Of a stretch of 34,604 nt of DNA, positions 23,167 to 31,800 are shown piece by piece. The notes beneath the pieces were generated by a model that was given only the letters and a program-made list of their open reading frames with translations, made no database searches and was not told the DNA's origin. The stretch lies in IMG/VR virus record IMGVR_UViG_3300037419_001779, positions 1 to 34,604 of that record; one strand, 5' to 3'. The DNA is from a virus (Duplodnaviria > Caudoviricetes). The position numbers and the translations under genes were made by a program. Every line of letters begins with the position of its first letter. Positions within the stretch are counted from its first letter, which is position 1.

Positions 23167-24041
23167 GCGGCCACCTGATCGGCTGCGCCGGCACGCTGAC
23201 CGACGACCGCCTCGCGCCGAGCCACAAGCTCGCGCTCCTCGCGTTCGCCGACTCCGCCGACGACAGGACCCACATCGCGTTCCCAGGCTACGAGGGCGTG
23301 CAGAAGTGGGCCGGCTGCTCCCGCGGCCGGGCCGCCGAACTGATCCGCGACCTCGTCGGGTTCGGCTACCTCCTGCAGCACAAGAAGGCCCACCGCGGCC
23401 AGCGAGCCGAGTACGTCGTCTTCCCGGGCGGCTGCTGCGACCTGCACCGTGCACCGGCCGAGGAGCCGCCCGTCGACGTCGACCAGCTCGCCCACGACGC
23501 CGGCATCAGCGTCGACCAGGTCAAGGCCCTCCTCGGCGCCCTCGCGGGTGCCGTCGTACAGCCCGACGCCGAACCGGGTAATCCACAGCCGAATGGGTCC
23601 GGTGCGTCGGACACGTCCCCGGTGAATGAGTCCGGTACGTCGGACGCATTCACCCCCGGCGTACACGGAGACGCCCCTCAGGCTGTGGAGAACCCCGCAA
23701 TGGGTCCAGAAAGGGTCCGCGGATCACGCTCAACCGCGAACGCCTTCACTCCTCCAACAACTACCCCCCTCACCCCCGCAAGCGGGGGAGCCGGCTGCGC
23801 ACGACACGACACCCCCGCCCGCAACTGCCGCGGCTGCGGCACCACCAACCGGCAGCTCGCCGCGAAGGCCAAGGCCGACCAGGCCGAGCGTCGCCGCGCC
23901 GAGGCGATCGCCGCGGCCGCCGCCGAGCGCGCCAAGCCCCGCGGCCCGAAGGCCGGGACCGAGCGCGCCAAGGCCCTCGCCCGCGCCGGCACCGCAGCAG
24001 CCCGAGCAGCCAAGCACGAGCCCCAGGAGGCATCCCGATGA
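23163..24041 (+). CDS. Replication initiator-like HTH protein
   Basis: KLALLAFADSAD...FPGYEGV...GCSRGRAAELIRDLVGFGYL wHTH; repeat-containing linker; C-terminal CRGCG. Confidence 0.7.
   Translation: MSGHLIGCAGTLTDDRLAPSHKLALLAFADSADDRTHIAFPGYEGVQKWAGCSRGRAAELIRDLVGFGYLLQHKKAHRGQRAEYVVFPGGCCDLHRAPAEEPPVDVDQLAHDAGISVDQVKALLGALAGAVVQPDAEPGNPQPNGSGASDTSPVNESGTSDAFTPGVHGDAPQAVENPAMGPERVRGSRSTANAFTPPTTTPLTPASGGAGCARHDTPARNCRGCGTTNRQLAAKAKADQAERRRAEAIAAAAAERAKPRGPKAGTERAKALARAGTAAARAAKHEPQEASR
23591..23654. repeat. Iteron-like 22-bp direct repeats / 34-bp palindrome (candidate origin)
   Basis: GAATGGGTCCGGTGCGTCGGAC (23591) and GAATGAGTCCGGTACGTCGGAC (23624), 20/22 identical, 33 bp apart. Confidence 0.65.
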
Positions 24042-24331
24042 CCGAACTGCAGCAGGTGACCCCGGCCTACGCCTTCGGACGATTCGCCGGTGCTCTGCAG
24101 CGCGCCGCACAAGAGTTCGGGCGCCAGCTGGCTGCCGGGGTCGCCGATGGCCTCAGCGGCCGGGTGCTCGAGCGGACCGACGAGCAGCGCGAGCGCATGG
24201 CGGTGCGTGCCCACAGGCTCCGGATCGCGGAGGAGCGACGCCAGGGCATTGCGTTCGTCCGCGCCGAGGCCGCCAGGGTCCGCCGCGAGCTCGGCCTAGA
24301 GCCCGCACACCGTGAGGCCGGCCGCCGATGA
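24038..24331 (+). CDS. Hypothetical protein
   Basis: AGGAGG RBS; ATGA overlap. Confidence 0.7.
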   Translation: MTELQQVTPAYAFGRFAGALQRAAQEFGRQLAAGVADGLSGRVLERTDEQRERMAVRAHRLRIAEERRQGIAFVRAEAARVRRELGLEPAHREAGRR

Positions 24332-24480
24332 AGCGCCCCCGCTTCGACGAGGTCCCGGTCGTGCCCGTCGTGCTCGCCCTCGCCGCGGTCGCGGTCGCCT
24401 GCATCGCCGGCGCCCGCCACCTGGTCGAGCTCGTCGACGACGCGGAGAACGTGCCCATGGCAGGAGACGAGGACGCATGA
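24328..24480 (+). CDS. Small membrane protein, 50 aa (not in ORF track)
   Basis: MKRPRFDEVPVVPVVLALAAVAVACIAGARHLV...; overlaps the genes on both sides. Confidence 0.55.
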   Translation: MKRPRFDEVPVVPVVLALAAVAVACIAGARHLVELVDDAENVPMAGDEDA

Positions 24481-25286
24481 CCCCCGAGGACCTCGACGGC
24501 CTGCGGTACGACGTGATGACGGCCCTCGGCCAGCTCGAGCCCCTGCAGGACCTCGTCGCCCGGCTCGTCGACACCCACCAGCGCGGACTCGGGTTCCTCA
24601 CCCCCGACGCCCGCGCTGCCATGGGCGCGCAGTACATCGCCGACCGCCGCTACCGCACCACCCAGGCCGACCGCGACGTCGTCGGGCTCGACTGGCTCAA
24701 CCGCGACGCCGACGTCATCCCCTCCGGCCACGTCCGCGCACCCGGCACCGTCTCCGCGGTCTCGACCTCGGCTGACATCGCGTTCACCCTCCACGAGCTC
24801 GTGCAGAAGACGACATGGTGGCTCGAGCGCCGCGAAGGCACCTGCGTGATCGGCGACGTCCCCGCCGAGCCCACCCCGGAGCAGCTGATCCTCCGCCTGC
24901 GCGCCCTGGTGCTGCACGTGACCAGCGACCGACGACTGCTCCACGTCTGGCGCGAGACCCGCCGTCTGGTCGAGGACGCGACCTACGTCGTCGACGGCGA
25001 CGAGCGCGCCGCCCTCGACGACCCCTGCCCGCACTGCGACCGCCGGACCCTCGTCGCCTACATGCGTCGCGACCTCATCCGCTGCGACCGGGACCGCACC
25101 GGCCGGTACGGCCTGTGCCGCTGCTCGGACCCGCTGTGCGAGTGCCGCCGCCGCCCGATCGCCTACCGCCACGAGTGGCACCGCACCCCACAGGCCGCCG
25201 GCGACCGCCGCCGCACCTGGTCAGCCCTGAACAACCTGCTCACCGCCCGGCGAGCAGCCACCAACCAGCAAGGAGCCCCGGCATGA
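24477..25286 (+). CDS. Hypothetical Cys-rich protein (possible transcriptional regulator)
   Basis: CPHCDRRTL...IRC...CRCSDPLCEC..HEW. Confidence 0.65.
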   Translation: MTPEDLDGLRYDVMTALGQLEPLQDLVARLVDTHQRGLGFLTPDARAAMGAQYIADRRYRTTQADRDVVGLDWLNRDADVIPSGHVRAPGTVSAVSTSADIAFTLHELVQKTTWWLERREGTCVIGDVPAEPTPEQLILRLRALVLHVTSDRRLLHVWRETRRLVEDATYVVDGDERAALDDPCPHCDRRTLVAYMRRDLIRCDRDRTGRYGLCRCSDPLCECRRRPIAYRHEWHRTPQAAGDRRRTWSALNNLLTARRAATNQQGAPA

Positions 25287-25780
25287 GCGCGACCGAGACC
25301 GCCCCCACCCCCGAGGAGACCATCGAACTCCTCACCGCCGAGCGCGACGTCGCGCTCGCCAGCGTCACGCACTGGCAGGCCGTCGCCCAGGAGAACCAGC
25401 GCCGCAGCGACGACGCGCACCGCGAGTACGCCGCTCTCGGCGCCCGCATGACCGCTCAGACCGACGCCAGCATCCGCAGCATCGCCGACCGGCTCGCCGC
25501 GACCGTCCGGGTTCTCCTGGACAGCGACGAGCACGTCGTCGACGTCCGCGAGACCGCGTTCGGCCTCATGCACCCCTTCAAGTGCCGGCCCGACCTCCTC
25601 GGCTGCCCCCTCAACCAGGCGCTCAACGCACTGCCCACCGCACCCGCCGACCCCGGCCGGTACTTCGTGACCCTCGACGACGGCGCGGTCGTGGTCGGCG
25701 ACGTCGTCCCCGAGGGGTACGACCCCATCAGGCTGACCGACCTCCTCACGATCATCGACCGGCTCGGCGGCACGCGATGA
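25283..25780 (+). CDS. Hypothetical protein
   Basis: AAGGAG RBS; N-terminal coiled coil; HPFKCRPDLLGC. Confidence 0.7.
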   Translation: MSATETAPTPEETIELLTAERDVALASVTHWQAVAQENQRRSDDAHREYAALGARMTAQTDASIRSIADRLAATVRVLLDSDEHVVDVRETAFGLMHPFKCRPDLLGCPLNQALNALPTAPADPGRYFVTLDDGAVVVGDVVPEGYDPIRLTDLLTIIDRLGGTR

Positions 25781-26802
25781 GCAGCGTGCTCGAGCGGATC
25801 GACGGCCGCGTCCAGGCACTGCTGATCGAGCGCGTGCTCGCGCACACGCACCCGCGGCTCGCGCTGCCCACGATCGCCAGCAACGCGCACATGACGCTGG
25901 CCGACCTGCAGGCCGTCCTCAACCGCCACGGCTACCCCGACCGCAGCAGGCTCGCCGCGGCCCGCGAGAAGCTGCTCGCCGAGGCCGAGGCCGCCGACGC
26001 GGCCGCAGACGAGTACCCCGACCTGCACACGATCACCGACGCCGAGCTCGCCACCGTCGAGGCCCCGTCCGCCGAGCGGCTCGCGACCGTCGGTGTCACC
26101 ACGCTGCGGCCGGACCCGGACAACCCCCGCGAGAAGATCCTCGACACCGACGTCGAGGAGCTCGCCGACTCGATCGCCGAAGTCGGCCTCCTACAGCCCA
26201 TCGTCGCGCGACAGACCGACCAGGGTCTGATCGTCGTCGCCGGACACCGTCGCCTCACCGCGGTCAAGATGCTCGGCTGGACCCACGTCAGCGTCATCAT
26301 CAAGGGCAACATGCGCCCGGACCACGTCCTCGCCGCCATGCTGATCGAGAACGGCCAGCGCCGCGACCTCGACCCCATCGAGGAGGCCCGCGGCCTCCGC
26401 AAGCTCAAGGCACTCGAGGACCTCTCCGACCTCGCTGTCGCGAAGAAGGTCGGCCGCACCCAGGCGTTCGTCTCCAACCGACTCGCGCTGCTCCAGCTCT
26501 CCGCAGACGACCAGGCCCGCGTCCGCGCTGGCGACCTCGGCATCGTGCAGGCACAGACCCTCGGCCGGATGAACAGCGGCAAGATCCGCCCCGAGGGCCG
26601 CAAGGAGGAGTCCTACTTCGGCGTCACCCACGAGCTCGCGAGCCGCGCAGCCGCGCGCTGCAAGCGCCTCGGCCACACCTTCCGCAAGATCGCCGGCGGC
26701 CACGGATGCGGCGAGTGCTGGGAGTCCGTCATCCGCGCGGACGAACGCGACCAGGCCCAGCAGCGTCATGCGACCACGGGCACCTGCCCGACCTGCGGGT
26801 GA
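25777..26802 (+). CDS. ParB/Spo0J-like protein 2, 341 aa
   Basis: PDNPRE, ELADSIAEVGLLQPI, VVAGHRRL, LIENGQRRDLDPIEEA, HTH; C-terminal CGEC/CPTCG. Confidence 0.88.
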   Translation: MSSVLERIDGRVQALLIERVLAHTHPRLALPTIASNAHMTLADLQAVLNRHGYPDRSRLAAAREKLLAEAEAADAAADEYPDLHTITDAELATVEAPSAERLATVGVTTLRPDPDNPREKILDTDVEELADSIAEVGLLQPIVARQTDQGLIVVAGHRRLTAVKMLGWTHVSVIIKGNMRPDHVLAAMLIENGQRRDLDPIEEARGLRKLKALEDLSDLAVAKKVGRTQAFVSNRLALLQLSADDQARVRAGDLGIVQAQTLGRMNSGKIRPEGRKEESYFGVTHELASRAAARCKRLGHTFRKIAGGHGCGECWESVIRADERDQAQQRHATTGTCPTCG

Positions 26803-27422
26803 ACGCGTTGAGCGAGCCGAAGCTGACCGAGGCCGAGCGCGAGGCACTCAGGGTCGGCGAGTGTGGTCCGTGTGCACAGGGGACGCTGGACGTCGAGCCG
26901 TGCCGGTGCGCCGAGATGCTGCGTGCCGCCGTCGAGTCGATCCTGCGCGACCGGCTCGCCCCCGTGGAAGCCGAGCGGGACGCCTACCGCTCGATCCTCG
27001 ACCGCCACAGCATGCGCTGGTGCCTGTGCTCGCGAGCCGACAGGATGCACGACCGCGCGCGGGACTGCTGCCCGATCCACGGCGAGCCGAGGCACTGGCT
27101 CAACCGCGCCGAGGCTGCCGAGCATGCCCTCGCTGCCCGGGACGAGGTCATCGCGCGGGTGCGGGCGCTGCACACAGGGCTCCATCGCTGCACGGACGGC
27201 TGGTACTGGATCGAGCAGGAGACCCAGGGCTGCAAGGGCGCGAAGGTCGGCCTGTGCCCCACGCTCGCCGTTCTCGACGGCCCCGCACCGCAGCCGGACG
27301 AGTGCATCCACTGTGGGCGAGCCGAGGACGAACACGGCGAGGCCGGAGCGTGTCTGCGTCCCGGCTACTGCGGCAACCGCTTCACCCCGCCCACCACCGA
27401 CGCCGAGGAGGCGCAGTCATGA
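26799..27422 (+). CDS. Cys-rich hypothetical protein
   Basis: Several Cys clusters (CGPC, CRC, CLC, CCPIHG, CIHC); GTGA overlap. Confidence 0.65.
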   Translation: MNALSEPKLTEAEREALRVGECGPCAQGTLDVEPCRCAEMLRAAVESILRDRLAPVEAERDAYRSILDRHSMRWCLCSRADRMHDRARDCCPIHGEPRHWLNRAEAAEHALAARDEVIARVRALHTGLHRCTDGWYWIEQETQGCKGAKVGLCPTLAVLDGPAPQPDECIHCGRAEDEHGEAGACLRPGYCGNRFTPPTTDAEEAQS

Positions 27423-27673
27423 CCACGTTCAAGCCCGGCGATCGCGTGCTCGTCACCGACCCCGCCCTCGCCGCGATCCGCGCCATCATGCGCGACGCCA
27501 CCGGCCAGGAGCCGGCACCGAACCACCGCGGCACCGTCGACGAGATCTGGGACGACGGGACCGTGCTCATCAACTTCGACGACGGCGTCGGGGCGCCCTA
27601 CCCGCCACACGAGGTCCGTCACCTACCCGCCGACCTGCCTGTCCCGGGCGCGGCTGGCGAGGAGGAGCACTGA
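27419..27673 (+). CDS. Small SH3/KOW-like hypothetical protein
   Basis: FKPGDRVLV...GTVDEI.DDGTVLINFDDG. Confidence 0.65.
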   Translation: MTTFKPGDRVLVTDPALAAIRAIMRDATGQEPAPNHRGTVDEIWDDGTVLINFDDGVGAPYPPHEVRHLPADLPVPGAAGEEEH

Positions 27674-28086
27674 TGGGCTGGGCTGTCGGCTGGGACCAGG
27701 GACACCAACGCCATCGCGGGTACGGCGTCCCGGCGTACTGCGACGCCAAGGACTGCAGCGCCGAGATCGACCGCGGCCTCAGCTACGTCGCTGTGCCGCC
27801 CTTGACTGATGACGAGTACGACGAGTGGGACGACCTCGCCGACGGCACCCTGTTCGTCTGCGTCGACCATGAGCACGCCGACGTCGACCCCGACCACCTG
27901 CCGACCGAGCACCCGCGCTGGATTGCCCACGTCCTCACGGACTCGTCCTGGTCGAAGTGGCGTGACGAGAACCCCGCCCAGGTCGCCACGCTGCGAGACG
28001 AGCAACGGTACGTCGCTCGACAGTGGGTAACCGACGAGGCTTGGCAGCACGAGGAAGGGCGTCGATCGAAGAGGCGGCGCCGGTGA
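27673..28086 (+). CDS. Hypothetical phage protein
   Basis: MGWAVGWD...GYGVPAYCD..DC..EIDRGLSY; GGAGGAG RBS. Confidence 0.7.
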   Translation: MGWAVGWDQGHQRHRGYGVPAYCDAKDCSAEIDRGLSYVAVPPLTDDEYDEWDDLADGTLFVCVDHEHADVDPDHLPTEHPRWIAHVLTDSSWSKWRDENPAQVATLRDEQRYVARQWVTDEAWQHEEGRRSKRRRR

Positions 28087-28088
28087 GG

Positions 28089-28580
28089 TCAGGCCTCGGT
28101 GGTCTCGTCCTTGCGCGGACGGCCGCCCGTCGTGCGGCGGGTCTTGCTCCACTCCTCGACTGCGGCCCGCACTCGCAGCGGTCCCGTCGCCGTGGTGACG
28201 ACGGCCGGGGGGAAGCCGTCGAGGTCGGCCAGCTGGCGAGCTCGAGCGCGGCTGACGCCGAGCATGCCCGCGATCTCGGCGTACCCGACCAGTTCGGGGA
28301 TGACCGGCACGGTGAGCCGGCGCTCGACCTCGTCGTGGGTCAGTGCCTCGATGCCGACGGCCTTCGCCCCGGCCGCGGCCTCGACGTGCTGCAACGCGGA
28401 CGCGATCGCCTGGCGCAGCGAGCCGGCCTCGACGTTGACCGTGACGACCAGGGCGTCGTCGGTCGGGATGACGCCGGCGTGCAGGTCGCCGAGCTCGTCG
28501 ATGAGCTCGAGCGCCTGATCGTCCTCGACCTCGCGGGCGGGCAGGTCGACCCGTACTCGCCAGGTGGTGTTCGTGGTCAT
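28089..28580 (-). CDS. Putative antitoxin: HicB-like N-terminus plus AlpA-type HTH
   Basis: GAGAGGA RBS; LVGYAEIAGMLGVSRARARQLA..DGFPPAV....GPL...AVEEW; C-terminal GRPRK. Confidence 0.65.
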   Translation of the reverse strand: MTTNTTWRVRVDLPAREVEDDQALELIDELGDLHAGVIPTDDALVVTVNVEAGSLRQAIASALQHVEAAAGAKAVGIEALTHDEVERRLTVPVIPELVGYAEIAGMLGVSRARARQLADLDGFPPAVVTTATGPLRVRAAVEEWSKTRRTTGGRPRKDETTEA

Positions 28581-28619
28581 GGTCTGGTTCCTCTCGTCGT
28601 ACTGGGGGTCGTACCGTGG

Positions 28620-28659
28620 GGGAGGGCCCCGGGACACATTCCCTGTCCCGGGGCCTCCC
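28620..28659. promoter_or_regulatory. Strong hairpin between putative toxin and antitoxin genes
   Basis: GGCCCCGGGACA (28625-36) pairs with TGTCCCGGGGCC (28644-55), extended by GGGAG/CTCCC. Confidence 0.6.
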
Positions 28660-28661
28660 GT

Positions 28662-28871
28662 TCACCACTCAGGCGGCCAGCGGATGCGGCCGGTGAGTGC
28701 GAGCCGGTACAGATAGGCCTGCAGTTCGCTGACCGACGAGTCCCCGTGAAGGAACCCGAGGACCTTGCCGTCCCGGCGGAACACGAGGTGACCGGCAGCG
28801 CCGACGCGGCGGATCGTGACCCGCTGCTTGAGCAGTGCCGCCTCGATGAACGCGTACTCCTTGCTGTGCAT
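28662..28871 (-). CDS. HicA-like toxin, 69 aa
   Basis: AAGGAGGTG RBS; MHSKEYAFIEAALLKQRVTIRRVGAAGHLVFRRDGKVLGFLHGD...RWPP with a GH motif. Confidence 0.55.
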   Translation of the reverse strand: MHSKEYAFIEAALLKQRVTIRRVGAAGHLVFRRDGKVLGFLHGDSSVSELQAYLYRLALTGRIRWPPEW

Positions 28872-28972
28872 CTTCTTCACCTCCTTCCTATCGACTGGGC
28901 TTTCCGTCGACAAGAGAAACTCTACCGCATAACCCTTGCCGATGGAAAGGATTTCGGGAAGGAGTGTGAACG

Positions 28973-29185
28973 GTGAAGCAGGTGACCACCGCGCAGGCTG
29001 CGGCCCTGCTCGACGTGCCCGCCGGCCGGATCGCACGATGGAAGTACGACGGGAAGATCGTGCCCGTCGGCATGCTCCACGGCCGCGGCCGGGGCGGGCA
29101 GGTGCCGCTCTACCGGCTCGACGAACTGCGGCCGCTGGCTGACGCGTACCACGCTCGACACGCCCGAGGTGACGGGGATGAGTAG
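28973..29185 (+). CDS. MerR/excisionase-like HTH protein
   Basis: VTTAQAAALLDVPAGRIARWKYDGKI...LYRLDEL; AAGGAG RBS. Confidence 0.75.
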   Translation: MKQVTTAQAAALLDVPAGRIARWKYDGKIVPVGMLHGRGRGGQVPLYRLDELRPLADAYHARHARGDGDE

Positions 29186-29242
29186 CGCGGCTGGGGCGGG
29201 TGGTGGAAGATATCGCCAGCGGGAGACGTGTACCCGCAGCCC

Positions 29243-29280
29243 GAACCCCGCAGGCCAGGAGCCCGCGGGGTTCTCTCGTT
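29243..29280 (+). terminator. Terminator-like hairpin before the late operon
   Basis: GAACCCCGC/GCGGGGTTC stem followed by TCTCGTT. Confidence 0.5.
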
Positions 29281-29376
29281 CCACCCCATCACCACGGGGG
29301 CTCCGCTGGTGGCCGGTGGCTGTGGTGTGGCGGCTCCTCGGCCCCGCGGCCCTGAGGACCGCCACACCACCAGGGG

Positions 29377-29652
29377 GTGAGCGCCGTGGCGAAGGGCGAC
29401 CCGCGCGGGACGCAGGCGTTCCGCCGGCTGACGGCCGAGGTGGTCGACGACGAGCCGGTCTGCTGGCTGCGGCTCAAGGGCTGCACGTACTGGTCGACCA
29501 CGGCCGACCACGTCATCCCCGTGCGCGACCGGCCGGACCTCGCGCTGGTGCGCGCGAACCTGCGGGGCGCGTGCCTTGCATGCAACCGTCGGCGTCGAGC
29601 TCGACCGGTCGGCGCGCTCATCACGAGCGAGGCGCTCAGTTTTTTCGAGTGA
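29377..29652 (+). CDS. Terminase-associated HNH endonuclease
   Basis: CWL...C....TADHVIPV..RPDL.....NLRGACLACN; directly upstream of TerS. Confidence 0.85.
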   Translation: MSAVAKGDPRGTQAFRRLTAEVVDDEPVCWLRLKGCTYWSTTADHVIPVRDRPDLALVRANLRGACLACNRRRRARPVGALITSEALSFFE

Positions 29653-29730
29653 CGCGCGCGCTTCCTGCAGCACTCACGCGGTGTCTCTCTCCCCGCAGTG
29701 CCCACGTCACGGTAAGGAGGGCCCGCGGTC

Positions 29731-30138
29731 ATGGCGGTCACGGTCACGTGCGGCCAGTGCGGCGAGTCATTCGAAGCCGAACGACGCACCAGGAAGTACT
29801 GCGGCGACAGGTGCCGGCAGCAGGCGAAGCGCCGCGTGCCAGCCGAGGTCGCCGAGGCGATCGCGCCCGGACTGCCGCAGCTCGTCGCGCTCACGCGCAA
29901 GGAGCTCGAGCAGCTCGGCAAGGTCGACACGGTGCTCGGCGCCCAGGCGCTCACCGTCGCCGAGCGCATGACGTCGGCGAAGGACACCGGCTCGGCGATC
30001 GCCGCGCTCTCCCGCGAGCTCGACCGGATCATGCTCCGCCTCCGCTCCGGCGCGAAGTCGCAGGAGGACGAGGTCGCATCGGCCAGGAGGCGGCGTGACG
30101 AGAAGCGGCGGCAGGCGTCCCAAGCTCGCGAAGCGTAA
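29731..30138 (+). CDS. Terminase small subunit (with N-terminal Zn finger)
   Basis: AAGGAGG RBS; CGQC...YCGDRC; AALSREL helix; upstream of TerL. Confidence 0.75.
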   Translation: MAVTVTCGQCGESFEAERRTRKYCGDRCRQQAKRRVPAEVAEAIAPGLPQLVALTRKELEQLGKVDTVLGAQALTVAERMTSAKDTGSAIAALSRELDRIMLRLRSGAKSQEDEVASARRRRDEKRRQASQAREA

Positions 30139-31609
30139 GAACCCTGCGGCCTGGTGCCACGAGGTCGAGTACGTCTACACGCTCGGCCCCGAGGTCGTCG
30201 ACGTCGTCGTCCCGACCGGGCTGATCCCCGACGAGAACCAGGAGTGGATCCTCGACCAGACCTTCGGCTTCTACGCCGACGGTCGCCCGGCCGCGTTCGA
30301 GGTCGACCTGATCGGTCCCCGGCAGAACATCAAGACGAGCTCGATCATCATGATGGAGATCGGCTGGCTGTACGTCACCGAGGAGCCGTTCATCCTCCAC
30401 ACGGCGCACGAGCTCGATGCCGCCGAGGAGGCGTTCATCGACATCCGCGCCCGGATCGAGGAGACGCCGCAGCTGGCGAAGTACCTCGACCCGACCGTCG
30501 GCAACCGCGACCACCGCGGGTTCTTCATGGGCAACGGGTCATGGGAGATCCACCTCCTCGGCGGCACCCGGCTCAAGTACAAGGCTCGGGGTAAGGACGC
30601 CGGCCGAGCGCTGGCCGCCGACAAGCTCGTGCTCGACGAGGGGTTCGCTCTGCAGCCGTCCATGGTCGGATCGCTGTACCCGATCCTCACCACGATCCCT
30701 GACGCCCAGGTCGTCGTCGCGTCGTCAGCCGGCAAGCTCTACTCCGAGGTCCTGCGCGACCACCGCAAGCGCGGCCGCGGCAAGCTCTCGCCCAGGCAGT
30801 TCTACGCGGAGTGGGGCGACCGCAACCCCTGGAAGGGATGCAAGTCCAAGGCCTGCTCGCACGCCAAGGGTTCCGTCGGATGCGCACTCGACGATGAGGA
30901 CCGGTGGGCGCAGATCATGCCCGCCTGGGGTCTGCGGGTGTTCCCCGAGACCATCCGAGCGATGAGGGACGCGATGCCGCCGTTGGAGTTCGCACGCGAA
31001 TTCATGGTCTGGTGGGAAGACCCGCCCGACGAGGACGGCGACGGCGGCGCGATCGACATGGCGAAGTGGAACCGCCTGCACAACCCGGCCGCGAAGAAGA
31101 TCGACCAGGGCACGGTGTACGTCGCGGTCGCGCACGACCGCAGCAAGGCGTCGATCGGCGTCGCCGGCCCCGGCACCGACACCGATCGCCTCGTCATGGT
31201 CACCACGCGGGACGGGTGGGAGTGGGTCGTCCCCGCGCTCGAGAAGCTGCGGAAGAAGCAGCGCATCGCCGGCAAGCCCGCGCTGCAGCCGAAGTCCGCT
31301 GCGTCGGTCCTGCTGCCGGCACTCAAGGCCGCGGGCATCGACTACCAGCCGGTGAGCGACGTCGACGTCGCCCGGGCCACCGCGGCGTTCATCGAGATCG
31401 TCCACTCCAAGCGCAAGCAGCTCGAGCACCTCGCCCAGCCCGAGCTCGACGCCGCGGTGCGCAACGCCGTCACCAGGTTCTCCGGGCAGCTCGAGCTCTG
31501 GGAACTTCGAGACCGAACCATCGACATCTCCCCGCTCGCCGCCGCCGCCGGTGCCGTCGACATGTGGGACCTGACCGCCGACTACGACGTCGAGGACTCG
31601 TTCCTCTGA
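30095..31609 (+). CDS. Terminase large subunit
   Basis: GPRQNIKT Walker A variant, HTAH, LVLDE Walker B, SSAG motif III, C-terminal DISPL. Confidence 0.9.
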   Translation: MTRSGGRRPKLAKRKNPAAWCHEVEYVYTLGPEVVDVVVPTGLIPDENQEWILDQTFGFYADGRPAAFEVDLIGPRQNIKTSSIIMMEIGWLYVTEEPFILHTAHELDAAEEAFIDIRARIEETPQLAKYLDPTVGNRDHRGFFMGNGSWEIHLLGGTRLKYKARGKDAGRALAADKLVLDEGFALQPSMVGSLYPILTTIPDAQVVVASSAGKLYSEVLRDHRKRGRGKLSPRQFYAEWGDRNPWKGCKSKACSHAKGSVGCALDDEDRWAQIMPAWGLRVFPETIRAMRDAMPPLEFAREFMVWWEDPPDEDGDGGAIDMAKWNRLHNPAAKKIDQGTVYVAVAHDRSKASIGVAGPGTDTDRLVMVTTRDGWEWVVPALEKLRKKQRIAGKPALQPKSAASVLLPALKAAGIDYQPVSDVDVARATAAFIEIVHSKRKQLEHLAQPELDAAVRNAVTRFSGQLELWELRDRTIDISPLAAAAGAVDMWDLTADYDVEDSFL

Positions 31610-31623
31610 GAAGGGAGGCCACC

Positions 31624-31800
31624 GTGCGCCGTCCGAGCCTCCGCCGTCTCGCCCCCTCCCGCGACCTCGCGACCAGCCTCGTCGAGCTGTTCGGCATCGG
31701 CTGCCTCGCGACGTTCGCCTACTTCGTCTGGCCGCCCGCCGCGCTCCTGGTCATCGGGCTTGCCGCGCTGGTCCTGGCCTGGGCGGCGAGCAACCGATGA
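31624..31800 (+). CDS. Small membrane protein between TerL and portal
   Basis: GGGAGG RBS; two hydrophobic stretches; ATGA overlap with portal. Confidence 0.7.
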   Translation: MRRPSLRRLAPSRDLATSLVELFGIGCLATFAYFVWPPAALLVIGLAALVLAWAASNR

